Assembly: GCF_044647545.1 (NCBI RefSeq)
Contig: NZ_CP172818.1
Direction: 5' to 3' (one strand)
Length of the DNA: 64,000 nt
DNA from: Escherichia coli
Lineage (GTDB): Bacteria; Pseudomonadota; Gammaproteobacteria; Enterobacterales; Enterobacteriaceae
Shown: piece after piece, positions 46,267 through 58,446 of the stretch
How positions within the stretch are numbered: the first letter of the stretch is position 1
How the letters are laid out: each line of letters begins with the position of its first letter
Translations under genes and position numbers: made by a program
Notes under the pieces: model-generated
What the model saw: only the letters and a program-made list of their open reading frames with translations
Database searches by the model: none
What the model was told of the DNA's origin: nothing

Positions 46267-46525
46267 GAGGGCTTCCAGTTATTAACCTCGTCAGATGTTG
46301 TGTTCTTGTTAGCAACCGCGCTCTGTGGGCGGTTTAGTCAGGTTCACATTATGAGTACTGATGCAAAGAAATCCTGCACCTCAGAGTTATTTGGCAGGTG
46401 TGCCCACTTTTTCATACAGTGGGTGCCCTGAAAATCAATGTACACATCATGCATAATGTGACAACGTCACAAAAGTTAGTGAAATGAAAAAGGGCAACTG
46501 TTCGGGCCGTTGCCCTTCATTCACC

Positions 46526-48563
46526 GATTAATCGACAAAATCACCATATCCTGGCCACCAGCGTCAGAATTGAATACAGCGCCACCGGGGTTTGATGCTG
46601 ATTGAATACCTCTACCGCCCATTCCACCACCTGTTGGTTTTTCTTCTGCGCTACGCTGTTTTTTCAGCGTCTTGCGCTTACAGGTGAGACGCACCTGGAT
46701 GGTATCGCCTGGCTTTACGGGTTCGATAAGCGCAAGTTTTCCAGCCCATAATTAGCAATGACCGGACCGACACCGGCATCGACAAACAGACCCGCAGAGC
46801 CGCAGAAAAAGCACAAAATACCCATGCACCACACGCTCACCGAAAATAGATTCGGCAGCAGCAGAATATTATCCATATGCGCATAGAAATAATCGCCGCT
46901 GAGGCAAGCAAAGTTAACAATATCGGCCTCTGTCATTGTGCGGCGGGAGTGGCAGGTATCCGCCTGGTTGTAGCTCCTCAAAATATTTGCGGAACGGATG
47001 AATACGATCTTCTTCGACTTTCGCACCACGCACCCACTGTTTACTGATAGCTGCAAGCATCGTCGGACTACCCTGAACAGCGGTTCGCTGCGTGTGATCC
47101 TTCACCCGCTCGTAAACCACCTAATTCTTCACCGCCTCCTGCGCGACCAGGCCCACCATGTAACAGTTGTGGCAGTCGGAGAGCCATGCCGGTGGATTCT
47201 TTTGCCGATTCCTCATTGAGGATCTGAATTCGCCCATGCGTACGTGCCGCGTCGGTAATAAACTGACGCGCAATTTGCGGATCAGCCGTCACCAGCGTTC
47301 CGCAAGGCTACCGCCGCCTGCACAAGCCAGTTGCAGAGCATGTCGCTGGTTTTGTGCTGGCATCAGCGTTGCGACAGGGCCAAAGGCTTCTGTTGCATGT
47401 ACCGCCGGTGTTTCATCCGGCTGCGGACAGTACAATAAGGTTGGCGGGAAAGAGCACCCGCAGCAGATAAATCCGCCTGACCACCGAGGCGAATCTCGCA
47501 TCCTGCAGCCAGCAATATGTTCACTTTTTCCTGCACATCGGCACGCTGCTCAGCATTTACCAGTGCGCCCATATTCACGCCTTCCTGAGCAGGATCACCG
47601 ACCACGACTTTCTGTAATCGCGCAACCAGGACGATTCACTGACAGCATTAACCAATGCCTGCGGCGCGATAATCCGCCGGATTGCCGTACATTTTTGCCC
47701 GGCTTTTGTGGTCATCTCACGCACAACTTCACGAATAAACAGCGCAAACTCCGAGTTAAATGCGGGTAACATCTTCGCCCAGTACGCAGCAGTTCAGGGA
47801 ATCAGCTTCCATAGTGAAGGGGATAGATTTGGCGACGATATTTGGCTGAACTCGCGGCGTCTCTGCAGGTCGCCGCTGACCCGTGAAAGTCACCACATCC
47901 TGGCTGTCCAGATAATCCAAAAGGTCGCCCGCACTACCGCAGATCAGACTAATTGCGCCTTCGGGAACAAGACCACTATCGACAATTGATTTCACCATCG
48001 CCTGAGTACGTTGGGCCGTCGCGGTAGCTGGTTTGATGATGGCTGGCATTCCGCCCAGCCACGTTGGTGCCAGCTTCCGGCGTTTTGCCACAGGGGAAGT
48101 TAAAGGCGTTAATATGCACTGCCACGCCTGAGCTTTGAGGTCAGTACATGGCGCGCGGCAAATCCACCTTCTTTCGATAAGGGGATCAATTCATCTTCCG
48201 GCCACAGCGTATCGTCGGCGGCTGCCCGGCTACCGAGGCTGGCGTAAGTAAATAACGTCCCAATGCCACCTTCAAATCAACCGAACTGTTGCCGCGTTGC
48301 GCCTGTTTGCGCAGAAAGACATAGAAGCGCTCTTTTTTCACTCAGCAGATGTTTAGCGACCGCTTTAAGCATCGCCGCACGTTCGATAAAGGTCATCACG
48401 CAGAAGCAGCCTTTTCAATGGCAAACTGCAACGGGCCACCGCCATATAGACCTTTCACTGGTCACTTCCCATAACGCCTCGCCGCTGATAGCGTGGTGAA
48501 TCAAACGGCTACCACCCCGCCAGACTGCCAGGTACCGGATAAGAAACTGGCTAACTGCTGCAT
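46526..48563 (-). pseudogene. paaZ: Bifunctional PaaZ, heavily frame-disrupted here
   Basis: N-terminus MQQLASFLSGTWQSG at ~48563; fragments spread over at least 7 short ORFs; terminator hairpin at ~46488..46516. Confidence 0.7.
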
Positions 48564-48796
48564 CGCTACTCTCCAGATGTTTCACATTTATGTTGCTAAT
48601 AGTTAAATTGCGAATCATAAAAAGCAAGGGTTCTTTTAACGAAATGTTAACTATGCAAATATGTATCACAACTGCGGAAAACATTAATGCACTGATAAAT
48701 AATGATTTATAAAAAATCGGGTGCGAAATCCGTCACAGTTCAAGCATACAAAATTTGTGATTTTAGTTAACCATTGTGTAACTTTCATAAACAATG

Positions 48797-48834
48797 TGAT
48801 TCGTGTTTTTAATTAATTCGCGAACTTGGAATCG
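48797..48834. promoter_or_regulatory. PaaX-operator-like inverted repeat in paaZ-paaA divergent promoter region
   Basis: TGATTC ... GAATCG half-sites ~26 nt apart. Confidence 0.35.
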
Positions 48835-48846
48835 TAAAGGTAATAA

Positions 48847-49773
48847 CATAACCCAAGAAGAACGCTTTGAGCAACGGATAGCCCAGGAAACGGCTATCGA
48901 GCCGCAGGACTGGATGCCAATAAGAAAGCACTGATCCGCCAGATTGGGCAGCATGCACACTGCAAATTGTGGTATGTTCCTGAAGGTAACTGGATCACTG
49001 GCGCACGACCTTTTGCAGCATAAAGCCATTCTGTTCGCCAAAGTCCAGGATGAAGCCGGTCATCGTCTGTATCTCTATAGCGCCGCCGAAACACTGGGCT
49101 GCACAGAGAAGACATCTACCAAAAAATGCTCAAACAACGATAAATATTCCTCCATCTTTAATTATCCGACATTGGTCTCCAGGGGCTGATATCGGCGTTA
49201 TCGGCTGGCTGGTGGAGTAGCAGCGATCGTCAATCAGGTGGCGTTATGTCGCACTTCTTATGGCCCGTATGCCAGAGCAATGGTGAAGATCTGCAAAGAA
49301 GAGAGTTTTTCACCAGCGTCAGGGGTTTGAAGCCTGCATGGCACTGGCGCAGGCGGCGAAGGACGCTCAAAAGCAGATGTTGCAAGACGCCATTAACCGT
49401 TTCTGGTGGCCAGCCTTAATGATGTTCGGGCCAAACGATGATAACTCGCCAAACAGCGCCAGAAGTACCGCCTGGAAAATCAAACGTTTCACCAACGACG
49501 AACTCGCCAGCGTTTCGTGGATAACACCATTCCACAGGTTGAAATGCTCGGTATGACCGTTCCTGACCCGGATCTGCATTTTGACACTGAAAGCGGTCAC
49601 TACCGCTTTGGTGGAAATCAACTGGCAGGAGTTTAACGAAGTAATTAACGGTCGCCGGAATTTGTAATCAGGAGAGGCTCGACGCCAAACGTAAAGCCTG
49701 GGAAGAAGGTACCTGGGTACGGGAAGCAGCGCTGGCCCATGCACAAAAACAACTTGCCCGTAAGGTCGCATAA
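48847..49773 (+). pseudogene. paaA: PaaA-like monooxygenase subunit, frame-disrupted, no ATG at expected start
   Basis: Frame begins ata-acc-caa (ITQEERFEQRIAQETAIEPQDW) then stops; later fragment in ORF 49338..49556. Confidence 0.65.
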
Positions 49774-49784
49774 GGAGATTCAAA

Positions 49785-50077
49785 ATGAGTAATGTTTATT
49801 GGCCGTTATACGAAGTTTACCCGTTCGTGGCAAACAGGGCTTATCACACCGCCATGTTGGCAGTTTTTACATGCTGCCGATGAGCGGATGGCACTGAAAA
49901 TGCCGGTGATTGTTACACCGTCGTAGCGAAGGATGTTCAATTTGGGTGGTGAAGGCGAGTGAAATTGTTGCCTCGCAACCGGAAGAACGCGGTGAATTTT
50001 TTGATCCGGCTGAAGCAAGGTCTATCGCCATCCAACGTTTTACACCATCCCTGATGGCATTCAACATGAGGTCGGAA
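49785..50077 (+). pseudogene. paaB: PaaB-like subunit, 3' end frame-disrupted
   Basis: MSNVYWPLYEV... start at 49785; later part in shifted frame (ORF 49910..50149). Confidence 0.6.
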
Positions 50078-50820
50078 ATGAATCAGTTAACGGCTTACAC
50101 CTTCGCCTGGGCGATAACTGCCTGGTGCTTCCAGCGGTTGGGTGAATAGTGCGGTCATGCACCGGAACTGGAAATCGATCTCGCACTGGCAAATATTGGA
50201 CTCGATTTATTAGGCCAGGCACGCAACTTCTTATCGTATGCCGCTGAATTAGCGGGAGAAGGCGATGAAGATACCCTGGCCTTCACCCCAACAAGCACCA
50301 GTTCAGCAACTTATTGTTGGTTGAACAGCCAAACGGCAATTTTGCCGACAACCGTCGCCAGTATTTCATCGATGCATGGCATGTGGCGCTCTTTACCATT
50401 CTGATGGAGAGCCGTGATCCGCGACTGGCGGCGATTTCTGCAAAGCGATTAAAGAAGCGCGTTATAGCCTGCGTTTTATTCGTGGCTGGCTGGAGCAACT
50501 GGGCAATGGTACTGACGTATACGGGCGAAAGAATGCCAGCAGGCCATCAACAAGTTGTGGCGTTTTACCGCCGAACTGTAGATGCCGACGAGATTGATAT
50601 TGCACTGAGTGAAGAGGGTATTGCGGTTGATCCACGCGCTTTTACGCGCAGCGTGGGAAGCCGAAGTTTTTGCCGGGATCAACGAAGCCACATTCAACGT
50701 ACCGCAGAGCAGGCGTATCGCACTGGCGGTAAAAAAGGACTGCATACCGAACACCTTGGACCCATGCTGGCAGAAATGCAGTTATTGTTTGAGCGTGTCT
50801 TGCCCGGTCAGCAATGGTAA
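50078..50820 (+). pseudogene. paaC: PaaC-like subunit, frame-disrupted
   Basis: MNQLTAY start at 50078; C-terminal part in ORF 50314..50820. Confidence 0.65.
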
Positions 50821-50834
50821 CAGAGGAGGTGGGT

Positions 50835-51325
50835 ATGCAACGTATCAGCCACCATTCCGCCGCCACAGGTTCATCCAGATATGGGCGCTACTGGGCGCGA
50901 TCCCGGACCGGAGATCCCGGTGCTGACCATTACCGATTTAGGCATGGTGCGTAATGTGACACAGATGGAAAGAATGGGTGATCGGCTTTACGCCGACTTA
51001 TTCCGGTTGTCCGGCAACGGAACGTTGATTGGCGCGATACGTGAGGCAATGACAACCCACGGGTTTACCCGTACGGTTGTGCTGCAACTCGACCCGGCAT
51101 GGACCACCGACTGGATGACCCCCGATGCCCGTGAGCGTCTGCGACGGTATGGCATTAGCCCGCCCGGCCGGAACAGTTGCCGGCCCATTTGCCGCCAGAA
51201 GTACGTTGCCCGCGCTGCGCCAGCGTCCATCCACACTTATCAGTGAATTTGGTTCCACGGCCTGCAAAGCATTGTACCGCTGCGATAGTTGCCACAAACC
51301 TTTCGATTATTTCAAATGTATTTGA
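50835..51325 (+). pseudogene. paaD: PaaD-like protein, frame-disrupted
   Basis: MQRISHH... start; fragments in ORFs 50881..51246 and 51125..51325 (ends ...FDYFKCI). Confidence 0.65.
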
Positions 51326-51332
51326 GGATGCC

Positions 51333-52406
51333 ATGACAACGTTTCATTCCTTAACAGTGGCAAAAGTGGGCCCGGAAACCCGTGATGCGGTGACCATTAC
51401 CTTTGCATGCAGCCTTTGCAGGAGGCGTATCACTTTCGCCCCGGTCAACATTTGACCTTAAAAGCCAGTCTTGATGGTGAAGAATTAGCCATTGTTCTCC
51501 ATTTGCCGCAGCTACCTGCCTGGCGAAATTAGTGTGGCGGTGAAAGCCATTGAAGGCGGACGTTTCTCCCGCTATGCCCGCGAACACATCCGCCAGGGTA
51601 TGACGCTGGAGGTCATGGTGCCGCAGGGGCATTTCGGCTATCAGCCACAGGCCGAACACCAGGGCCGCTATCTGGCTATTGCAGCAGGATCAGGTATTAC
51701 GCCAATGCTGGCGATTATCGCCACCACTTTCAAACCGAGCCTGAAAGTCAGTTCACCCTGATCTACGGTAACCGTACCAGCCAGAGCATGATGTTTCGCC
51801 AGGCACTGGCAGACCTGAAAGACAAATATCCTCAGCGTTTACAGTTGTTGTGCATTTTCAGTCAGGAAACCCTCGACAGCGATCTGCTTCACGGGCGTAT
51901 TGACGGTGAAAAATTACGTGGCTTGGGGCCTCGCTCATTGATTTTTCGTCTTTATGATGAGGCGTTTGCTTTGTGGTCCGGCGGCGATGATGGATGAGAC
52001 GGAAGCCGCCTTAAAAGCACTGGGAATGCCAGATAAAACCATTCATCTGGAGCGGTTTAATACGCCTGGCACGCGCGTCAAAGCGTCGCGTTAACGTGCA
52101 AAGTGACGGACAAAAGTGACTGTACGTCAGGATCGGCGGGATCGGGAAATCGTGCTTAATGCCGACGATGAAAGCATTCTCGATGCGGCATTGCGCCAGG
52201 GGGCTGATCTGCCCTATGCCTGCAAAGGCGGCGTCTGTGCGACCTGCAAATGCAAAGTGCTGCGTGGCGAAGTGGCGATGGAAACCAATTACAGTCTGGA
52301 ACCGGATGAACTGGCCGCAGGTTATGTGTTGAGTTGCCAGGCACTGCCGCTGACCAGCGATGTGGTGGTTGACTTTGACGCGAAGGGGATGGCATCAGCG
52401 AACTGA
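51333..52406 (+). pseudogene. paaE: PaaE-like reductase, frame-disrupted
   Basis: MTTFHSLTVAKV start at 51333; 2Fe-2S ferredoxin C-terminal fragment in ORF 52116..52406. Confidence 0.68.
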
Positions 52407-53172
52407 TCGTCAGCCGTCAGCAACAGGTGCTTGCTGCTGACCCTTAACCGTCCCGCCGCACGTAATGCGCTGAGAATAATGCCCTTCTGACGCAACTGGT
52501 AAATGAACTGGAAGCTGCGGCTACCGATAGCAGCATTTCGGTCTGTGTGATTACCGGTAATGCACGCTTTTTTGCCGCTGGGGCCGATCTCAACGAAATG
52601 GCAGAAAAAGATCTCGCGGCCACCTTAAACGATACACGTCCGCAGCTATGGGCGCGATTGCAGGCCTTTAATAAACCACTTATCGCAGCCGTCAATGGTT
52701 ACGCGCTTGGGGCGGGTTGCGAACTGGCATTGTTGTGCGATGTGGTGGTTGCCGGAGAGAACGCGCGTTTTGCGTTGCTTTTTACAGGAAATCACTCTCG
52801 GCATCATGCCAGGCGCAGGAGGAACGCAACGTTTAATCCGTAGTGTCGGTAAATCGTTAGCCAGCAAAAATGGTGCTGAGCGGAGAAAGTATCACCGCTC
52901 AGCAAGCACAGCAGGCCGGGCTGGTTAGCAACATCTTCCCCAGCGATTTAACCCTCGAATACGCCTTACAGCTGGCATCGAAAATGGCACGTCACTCGCC
53001 GCTGGCCTTACAAGCGGCAAAGCAAGCGCTGCGCCAGTCGCAGGAAGTGGCTTTGCAAGCCGGACTTGCCCAGGAGCGACAGTTATTCACCTTGCTGGCG
53101 GCAACAGAAGATCGTCATGAAGGCATCTCCGCTTTCTTACAAAAACGCACGCCCGACTTTAAAGGACGCTAA
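52389..53172 (+). pseudogene. paaF: PaaF-like enoyl-CoA hydratase, frame-disrupted
   Basis: Crotonase motifs split between ORFs 52547..52843 and 52870..53172. Confidence 0.68.
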
Positions 53173-53960
53173 TGATGGAATTCATCCTCAGTCATGTAGA
53201 AAAGGGCGTGATGACACTAACGCTCAACCGCCCGGAACGCCTGAACAGTTTTAATGATGAGATGCACGCACAACTGGCAGAGTGCCTGAAACAGGTCGAG
53301 CGCGACGACACTATCCGTTGCCTGTTACTTACAGGTGCCGGGCGCGGATTTTGTGCTGGTCAGGATCTTAACGATCGTAACGTTGATCCCACAGGCCCCG
53401 CACCGGATTTAGGGATGTCAGTTGAACGTTTCTATAACCCACTGGTACGTCGCCTGGCAAAACTGCCAAAACCGGTGATCTGTGCAGTCAATGGCGTGGC
53501 GGCAGGGGCAGGCGCAACACTGGCACTGGGGGGCGACATCGTTATTGCTGCCCGTTCAGCAAAATTCGTCATGGCGTTTAGTAAGTTAGGCTTAATACCC
53601 GATTGCGGTGGAACCTGGTTACTGCCACGCGTTGCCGGACGAGCGCGCGCCATGGGGCTGGCACTGCTGGGGAATCAACTGAGTGCTGAACAGGCGCACG
53701 AATGGGGGATGATCTGGCAGGTTGTTGATGATGAAACGCTGGCAGATACCGCGCAACAGCTGGCACGGCATCTGGCGACACAACCGACATTTGGTCTTGG
53801 ACTTATCAAGCAAGCGATAAATAGCGCTGAAACCAATACGCTCGATACGCAACTGGATCTGGAACGTGACTATCAGCGACTTGCCGGACGGAGCGCAGAT
53901 TATCGTGAAGGTGTCAGTGCGTTCCTGGCTAAACGCTCACCGCAGTTCACGGGGAAATAG
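53172..53960 (+). CDS. paaG: Crotonase-family isomerase PaaG
   Basis: 262-aa intact ORF; enoyl-CoA hydratase/isomerase fold. Confidence 0.9.
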   Translation: MMEFILSHVEKGVMTLTLNRPERLNSFNDEMHAQLAECLKQVERDDTIRCLLLTGAGRGFCAGQDLNDRNVDPTGPAPDLGMSVERFYNPLVRRLAKLPKPVICAVNGVAAGAGATLALGGDIVIAARSAKFVMAFSKLGLIPDCGGTWLLPRVAGRARAMGLALLGNQLSAEQAHEWGMIWQVVDDETLADTAQQLARHLATQPTFGLGLIKQAINSAETNTLDTQLDLERDYQRLAGRSADYREGVSAFLAKRSPQFTGK

Positions 53961-53961
53961 C

Positions 53962-55389
53962 ATGATGATAAATGTGCAAACTGTGGCAGTGATTGGGAGC
54001 GGCACCATGGGGGCAGGCATTGCTGAAGTTGCTGCCAGTCATGGACACCAGGTTTTACTGTATGACATTTCTGCTGAAGCGCTGACCCGCGCAATCGACG
54101 GGATACACGCGCGGCTAAATTCACGCGTGACGCGGGGAAAACTGACTGCTGAAACCTGTGAACGCACATTGAAACGCCTGATCCCGGTGACCGATATTCA
54201 CGCGCTGGCAGCTGCGGACCTGGTCATTGAAGCGGCGTCTGAACGTCTGGAAGTCAAAAAAGCGCTCTTTGCACAGCTGGCGGAAGTTTGCCCGCCACAA
54301 ACGCTATTGACCACTAACACTTCGTCAATCTCTATAACCGCGATTGCTGCGGAGATAAAAAATCCTGAACGTGTTGCGGGGCTGCATTTTTTTAACCCGG
54401 CACCGGTGATGAAGTTGGTGGAGGTGGTCAGTGGGCTGGCAACGGCGGCGGAAGTTGTTGAGCAGTTGTGTGAACTAACGTTGAGTTGGGGTAAGCAGCC
54501 TGTGCGCTGTCATTCGACTCCTGGATTTATCGTTAACCGTGTTGCGCGTCCTTATTATTCCGAGGCCTGGCGGGCACTGGAAGAGCAGGTTGCTGCACCA
54601 GAAGTGATTGACGCTGCACTTCGCGATGGCGCTGGTTTCCCGATGGGGCCGCTGGAATTAACCGATCTGATTGGTCAGGACGTCAATTTTGCTGTCACCT
54701 GTTCGGTGTTTAACGCTTTCTGGCAGGAGCGTCGTTTTTTACCTTCGCTGGTGCAACAGGAACTGGTGATTGGTGGACGGTTGGGCAAGAAAAGTGGGCT
54801 GGGCGTGTACGACTGGCGCGCGGAACGTGAGGCAGTTGTTGGCCTGGAAGCGGTAAGCGACAGTTTTAGCCCAATGAAAGTAGAAAAGAAAAGTGACGGT
54901 GTCACGGAAATTGACGATGTTTTATTGATTGAGACACAAGGCGAGACGGCACAGGCGCTGGCAATACGACTGGCACGCCCGGTGGTAGTGATCGATAAAA
55001 TGGCGGGCAAGGTGGTGACCATTGCTGCTGCAGCGGTGAACCCGGACTCAGCGACCCGCAAGGCCATTTATTACCTGCAACAGCAGGGCAAAACAGTGCT
55101 GCAAATTGCAGATTACCCAGGAATGCTGATTTGGCGAACGGTAGCAATGATCATCAATGAAGCCCTTGATGCGCTTCAAAAAGGCGTGGCCTCTGAACAG
55201 GATATCGATACCGCCATGCGTCTTGGGGTGAATTATCCATATGGCCCACTTGCCTGGGGAGCGCAACTTGGCTGGCAGCGAATATTAAGGCTCCTTGAAA
55301 ATCTACAGCATCACTATGGCGAAGAACGCTATCGCCCATGTTCATTGCTGCGCCAACGGGCGCTTCTGGAGAGCGGTTATGAGTCATAA
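53962..55389 (+). CDS. paaH: 3-hydroxyadipyl-CoA dehydrogenase PaaH
   Basis: 475 aa from internal ATG (MMINVQ); Rossmann motif VAVIGSGTMGAGIA. Confidence 0.9.
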   Translation: MMINVQTVAVIGSGTMGAGIAEVAASHGHQVLLYDISAEALTRAIDGIHARLNSRVTRGKLTAETCERTLKRLIPVTDIHALAAADLVIEAASERLEVKKALFAQLAEVCPPQTLLTTNTSSISITAIAAEIKNPERVAGLHFFNPAPVMKLVEVVSGLATAAEVVEQLCELTLSWGKQPVRCHSTPGFIVNRVARPYYSEAWRALEEQVAAPEVIDAALRDGAGFPMGPLELTDLIGQDVNFAVTCSVFNAFWQERRFLPSLVQQELVIGGRLGKKSGLGVYDWRAEREAVVGLEAVSDSFSPMKVEKKSDGVTEIDDVLLIETQGETAQALAIRLARPVVVIDKMAGKVVTIAAAAVNPDSATRKAIYYLQQQGKTVLQIADYPGMLIWRTVAMIINEALDALQKGVASEQDIDTAMRLGVNYPYGPLAWGAQLGWQRILRLLENLQHHYGEERYRPCSLLRQRALLESGYES

Positions 55390-55801
55390 GGCCTGGCAAA
55401 ATGCCCATGCAATGTATGAGAACGATGCCTGCGCCAAAGCGCTTGGCATCGACATTATCTCAATGGATGAAGGCTTTGCTGTAGTGACCATGACCGTCAC
55501 TGCACAAATGCTTAACGGTCATCAAAGTTGCCACGGCGGGCAGCTATTTTCACTGGCTGATACTGCCTTTGCCTACGCCTGCAATAGCCAGGGGCTGGCA
55601 GCCGTCGCTTCTGCCTGCACGATTGATTTTTTGCGTCCAGGCTTTGCCGGAGACACCTTAACTGCTACTGCGCAGGTACGTCATCAGGGCAAGCAAACCG
55701 GTGTTTACGACATCGAAATTGTTAACCAACAACAAAAAACGGTTGCGCTGTTTCGCGGTAAATCTCACCGCATCGGCGGCACCATTACAGGAGAAGCCTG
55801 A
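55379..55801 (+). CDS. paaI: Hotdog-fold thioesterase PaaI
   Basis: 140 aa from internal ATG (MSHKAWQ). Confidence 0.88.
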   Translation: MSHKAWQNAHAMYENDACAKALGIDIISMDEGFAVVTMTVTAQMLNGHQSCHGGQLFSLADTAFAYACNSQGLAAVASACTIDFLRPGFAGDTLTATAQVRHQGKQTGVYDIEIVNQQQKTVALFRGKSHRIGGTITGEA

Positions 55802-57006
55802 TGCGTGAAGCCTTTATTTGTGACGGAATTCGTACGCCAATTGGTCGCTACGGCGGGGCATTATCAAGTGTTCGGGCTGATGATCTGGCTGCTATCCCTT
55901 TGCGGGAACTGCTGGTGCGAAACCCGCGTCTCGATGCGGAGTGTATCGATGATGTGATCCTCGGCTGTGCTAATCAGGCGGGAGAAGATAACCGTAACGT
56001 AGCCCGGATGGCGACTTTACTGGCGGGGCTGCCGCAGAGTGTTTCCGGCACAACCATTAACCGCTTGTGTGGTTCCGGGCTGGACGCACTGGGGTTTGCC
56101 GCACGGGCGATTAAAGCGGGCGATGGCGATTTGCTGATCGCCGGTGGCGTGGAGTCAATGTCACGGGCACCGTTTGTTATGGGCAAGGCAGCCAGTGCAT
56201 TTTCTCGTCAGGCTGAGATGTTCGATACCACTATTGGCTGGCGATTTGTGAACCCGCTCATGGCTCAGCAATTTGGAACTGACAGCATGCCGGAAACGGC
56301 AGAGAATGTAGCTGAACTGTTAAAAATCTCACGAGAAGATCAAGATAGTTTTGCGCTACGCAGTCAGCAACGTACGGCAAAAGCGCAATCCTCAGGCATT
56401 CTGGCTGAGGAGATTGTTCCGGTTGTGTTGAAAAACAAGAAAGGTGTTGTAACAGAAATACAACATGATGAGCATCTGCGCCCGGAAACGACGCTGGAAC
56501 AGTTACGTGGGTTAAAAGCACCATTTCGTGCCAATGGGGTGATTACCGCAGGCAATGCTTCCGGGGTGAATGACGGAGCCGCTGCGTTGATTATTGCCAG
56601 TGAACAGATGGCAGCAGCGCAAGGACTGACACCGCGGGCGCGTATCGTAGCCATGGCAACCGCCGGGGTGGAACCGCGCCTGATGGGGCTTGGTCCGGTG
56701 CCTGCAACTCGCCGGGTGCTGGAACGCGCAGGGCTGAGTATTCACGATATGGACGTGATTGAACTGAACGAAGCGTTCGCGGCCCAGGCGTTGGGTGTAC
56801 TACGCGAATTGGGGCTGCCTGATGATGCCCCACATGTTAACCCCAACGGAGGCGCTATCGCCTTAGGCCATCCGTTGGGAATGAGTGGTGCCCGCCTGGC
56901 ACTGGCTGCCAGCCATGAGCTGCATCGGCGTAACGGTCGTTACGCATTGTGCACCATGTGCATCGGTGTCGGTCAGGGCATCGCCATGATTCTGGAGCGT
57001 GTTTGA
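55801..57006 (+). CDS. paaJ: Thiolase PaaJ
   Basis: 401 aa; thiolase active-site region [10 protein letters not shown]. Confidence 0.92.
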   Translation: MREAFICDGIRTPIGRYGGALSSVRADDLAAIPLRELLVRNPRLDAECIDDVILGCANQAGEDNRNVARMATLLAGLPQSVSGTTINRLCGSGLDALGFAARAIKAGDGDLLIAGGVESMSRAPFVMGKAASAFSRQAEMFDTTIGWRFVNPLMAQQFGTDSMPETAENVAELLKISREDQDSFALRSQQRTAKAQSSGILAEEIVPVVLKNKKGVVTEIQHDEHLRPETTLEQLRGLKAPFRANGVITAGNASGVNDGAAALIIASEQMAAAQGLTPRARIVAMATAGVEPRLMGLGPVPATRRVLERAGLSIHDMDVIELNEAFAAQALGVLRELGLPDDAPHVNPNGGAIALGHPLGMSGARLALAASHELHRRNGRYALCTMCIGVGQGIAMILERV

Positions 57007-57032
57007 GCATATCAACCTGCGAGTACCCTACA

Positions 57033-58346
57033 ATGATAACCAATACAAAGCTTGACCCGATTGAAACCGCGTCTGTTGATGAGTTACAGGCGTTGCAAAC
57101 ACAGCGTCTGAAATGGACGCTCAAACACGCGTATGAAAATGTGCCGATGTATCGGCGCAAATTCGACGCAGCAGGCGTACATCCTGATGATTTCAGGGAA
57201 CTTTCAGACCTGCGTAAATTTCCCTGTACCACCAAACAGGATCTGCGCGACAACTATCCCTTTGACACCTTTGCCGTGCCAATGGAACAAGTGGTGCGCA
57301 TTCATGCTTCTTCGGGAACCACAGGTAAACCGACAGTTGTCGGCTATACGCAAAACGATATTGATAACTGGGCCAATATTGTAGCGCGTTCTTTGCGTGC
57401 GGCAGGGGGCTCGCCCAAAGACAAAATTCATGTTGCCTATGGTTACGGCCTGTTTACTGGTGGGCTGGGTGCGCACTATGGTGCCGAACGTCTGGGCGCT
57501 ACGGTGATCCCGATGTCTGGCGGGCAGACGGAAAAACAAGCGCAACTGATCCGTGATTTTCAACCAGATATGATCATGGTTACGCCATCTTATTGCCTTA
57601 ACCTGATTGAAGAGCTGGAGCGGCAGTTGGGCGGTGATGCCAGCGGTTGCTCGCTGCGGGTTGGAGTATTTGGTGCTGAGCCGTGGACACAGGCCATGCG
57701 TAAAGAGATTGAGCGTCGCCTGGGGATCACCGCACTGGATATTTATGGCCTGTCAGAAGTGATGGGGCCGGGGGTGGCGATGGAGTGTCTGGAAACTACC
57801 GACGGCCCAACCATTTGGGAAGATCATTTCTATCCTGAAATTGTTAATCCTCATGACGGCACACCGCTTGCCGATGGTGAACATGGCGAACTGTTATTCA
57901 CCACGCTGACCAAAGAAGCATTGCCGGTCATTCGTTACCGCACGCGTGATTTAACCCGACTGTTACCAGGAACGGCGCGGACTATGCGCCGCATGGATCG
58001 CATCAGCGGACGCAGCGATGACATGTTGATTATTCGCGGTGTAAATGTCTTTCCGTCACAACTGGAAGAAGAGATTGTCAAATTCGAACATTTATCGCCG
58101 CATTACCAACTGGAGGTGAACCGCCGGGGGCATCTTGATTCACTTTCTGTGAAAGTGGAGTTGAAAGAAAGTAGCCTGACATTGACGCATGAGCAGCGTT
58201 GCCAGGTATGCCACCAGCTGCGCCATCGGATTAAGTCGATGGTGGGGATCTCTACCGATGTGATGATCGTTAACTGTGGCAGTATCCCGCGTTCAGAAGG
58301 CAAGGCGTGTCGGGTGTTTGATCTGCGCAATATTGTTGGTGCCTGA
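57033..58346 (+). CDS. paaK: Phenylacetate-CoA ligase PaaK
   Basis: 437 aa from internal ATG (MITNTKLDP); AMP-binding motif SSGTTGKPT. Confidence 0.9.
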   Translation: MITNTKLDPIETASVDELQALQTQRLKWTLKHAYENVPMYRRKFDAAGVHPDDFRELSDLRKFPCTTKQDLRDNYPFDTFAVPMEQVVRIHASSGTTGKPTVVGYTQNDIDNWANIVARSLRAAGGSPKDKIHVAYGYGLFTGGLGAHYGAERLGATVIPMSGGQTEKQAQLIRDFQPDMIMVTPSYCLNLIEELERQLGGDASGCSLRVGVFGAEPWTQAMRKEIERRLGITALDIYGLSEVMGPGVAMECLETTDGPTIWEDHFYPEIVNPHDGTPLADGEHGELLFTTLTKEALPVIRYRTRDLTRLLPGTARTMRRMDRISGRSDDMLIIRGVNVFPSQLEEEIVKFEHLSPHYQLEVNRRGHLDSLSVKVELKESSLTLTHEQRCQVCHQLRHRIKSMVGISTDVMIVNCGSIPRSEGKACRVFDLRNIVGA

Positions 58347-58446
58347 CGTATCGTCTGGCCCTGGTGGGGTAAAGCGCCAGGGCCAGAAGTCGATACGACC
58401 TGTGCTATGATTCATAAATCACAACAATAACAACAGACTGAAGCGA

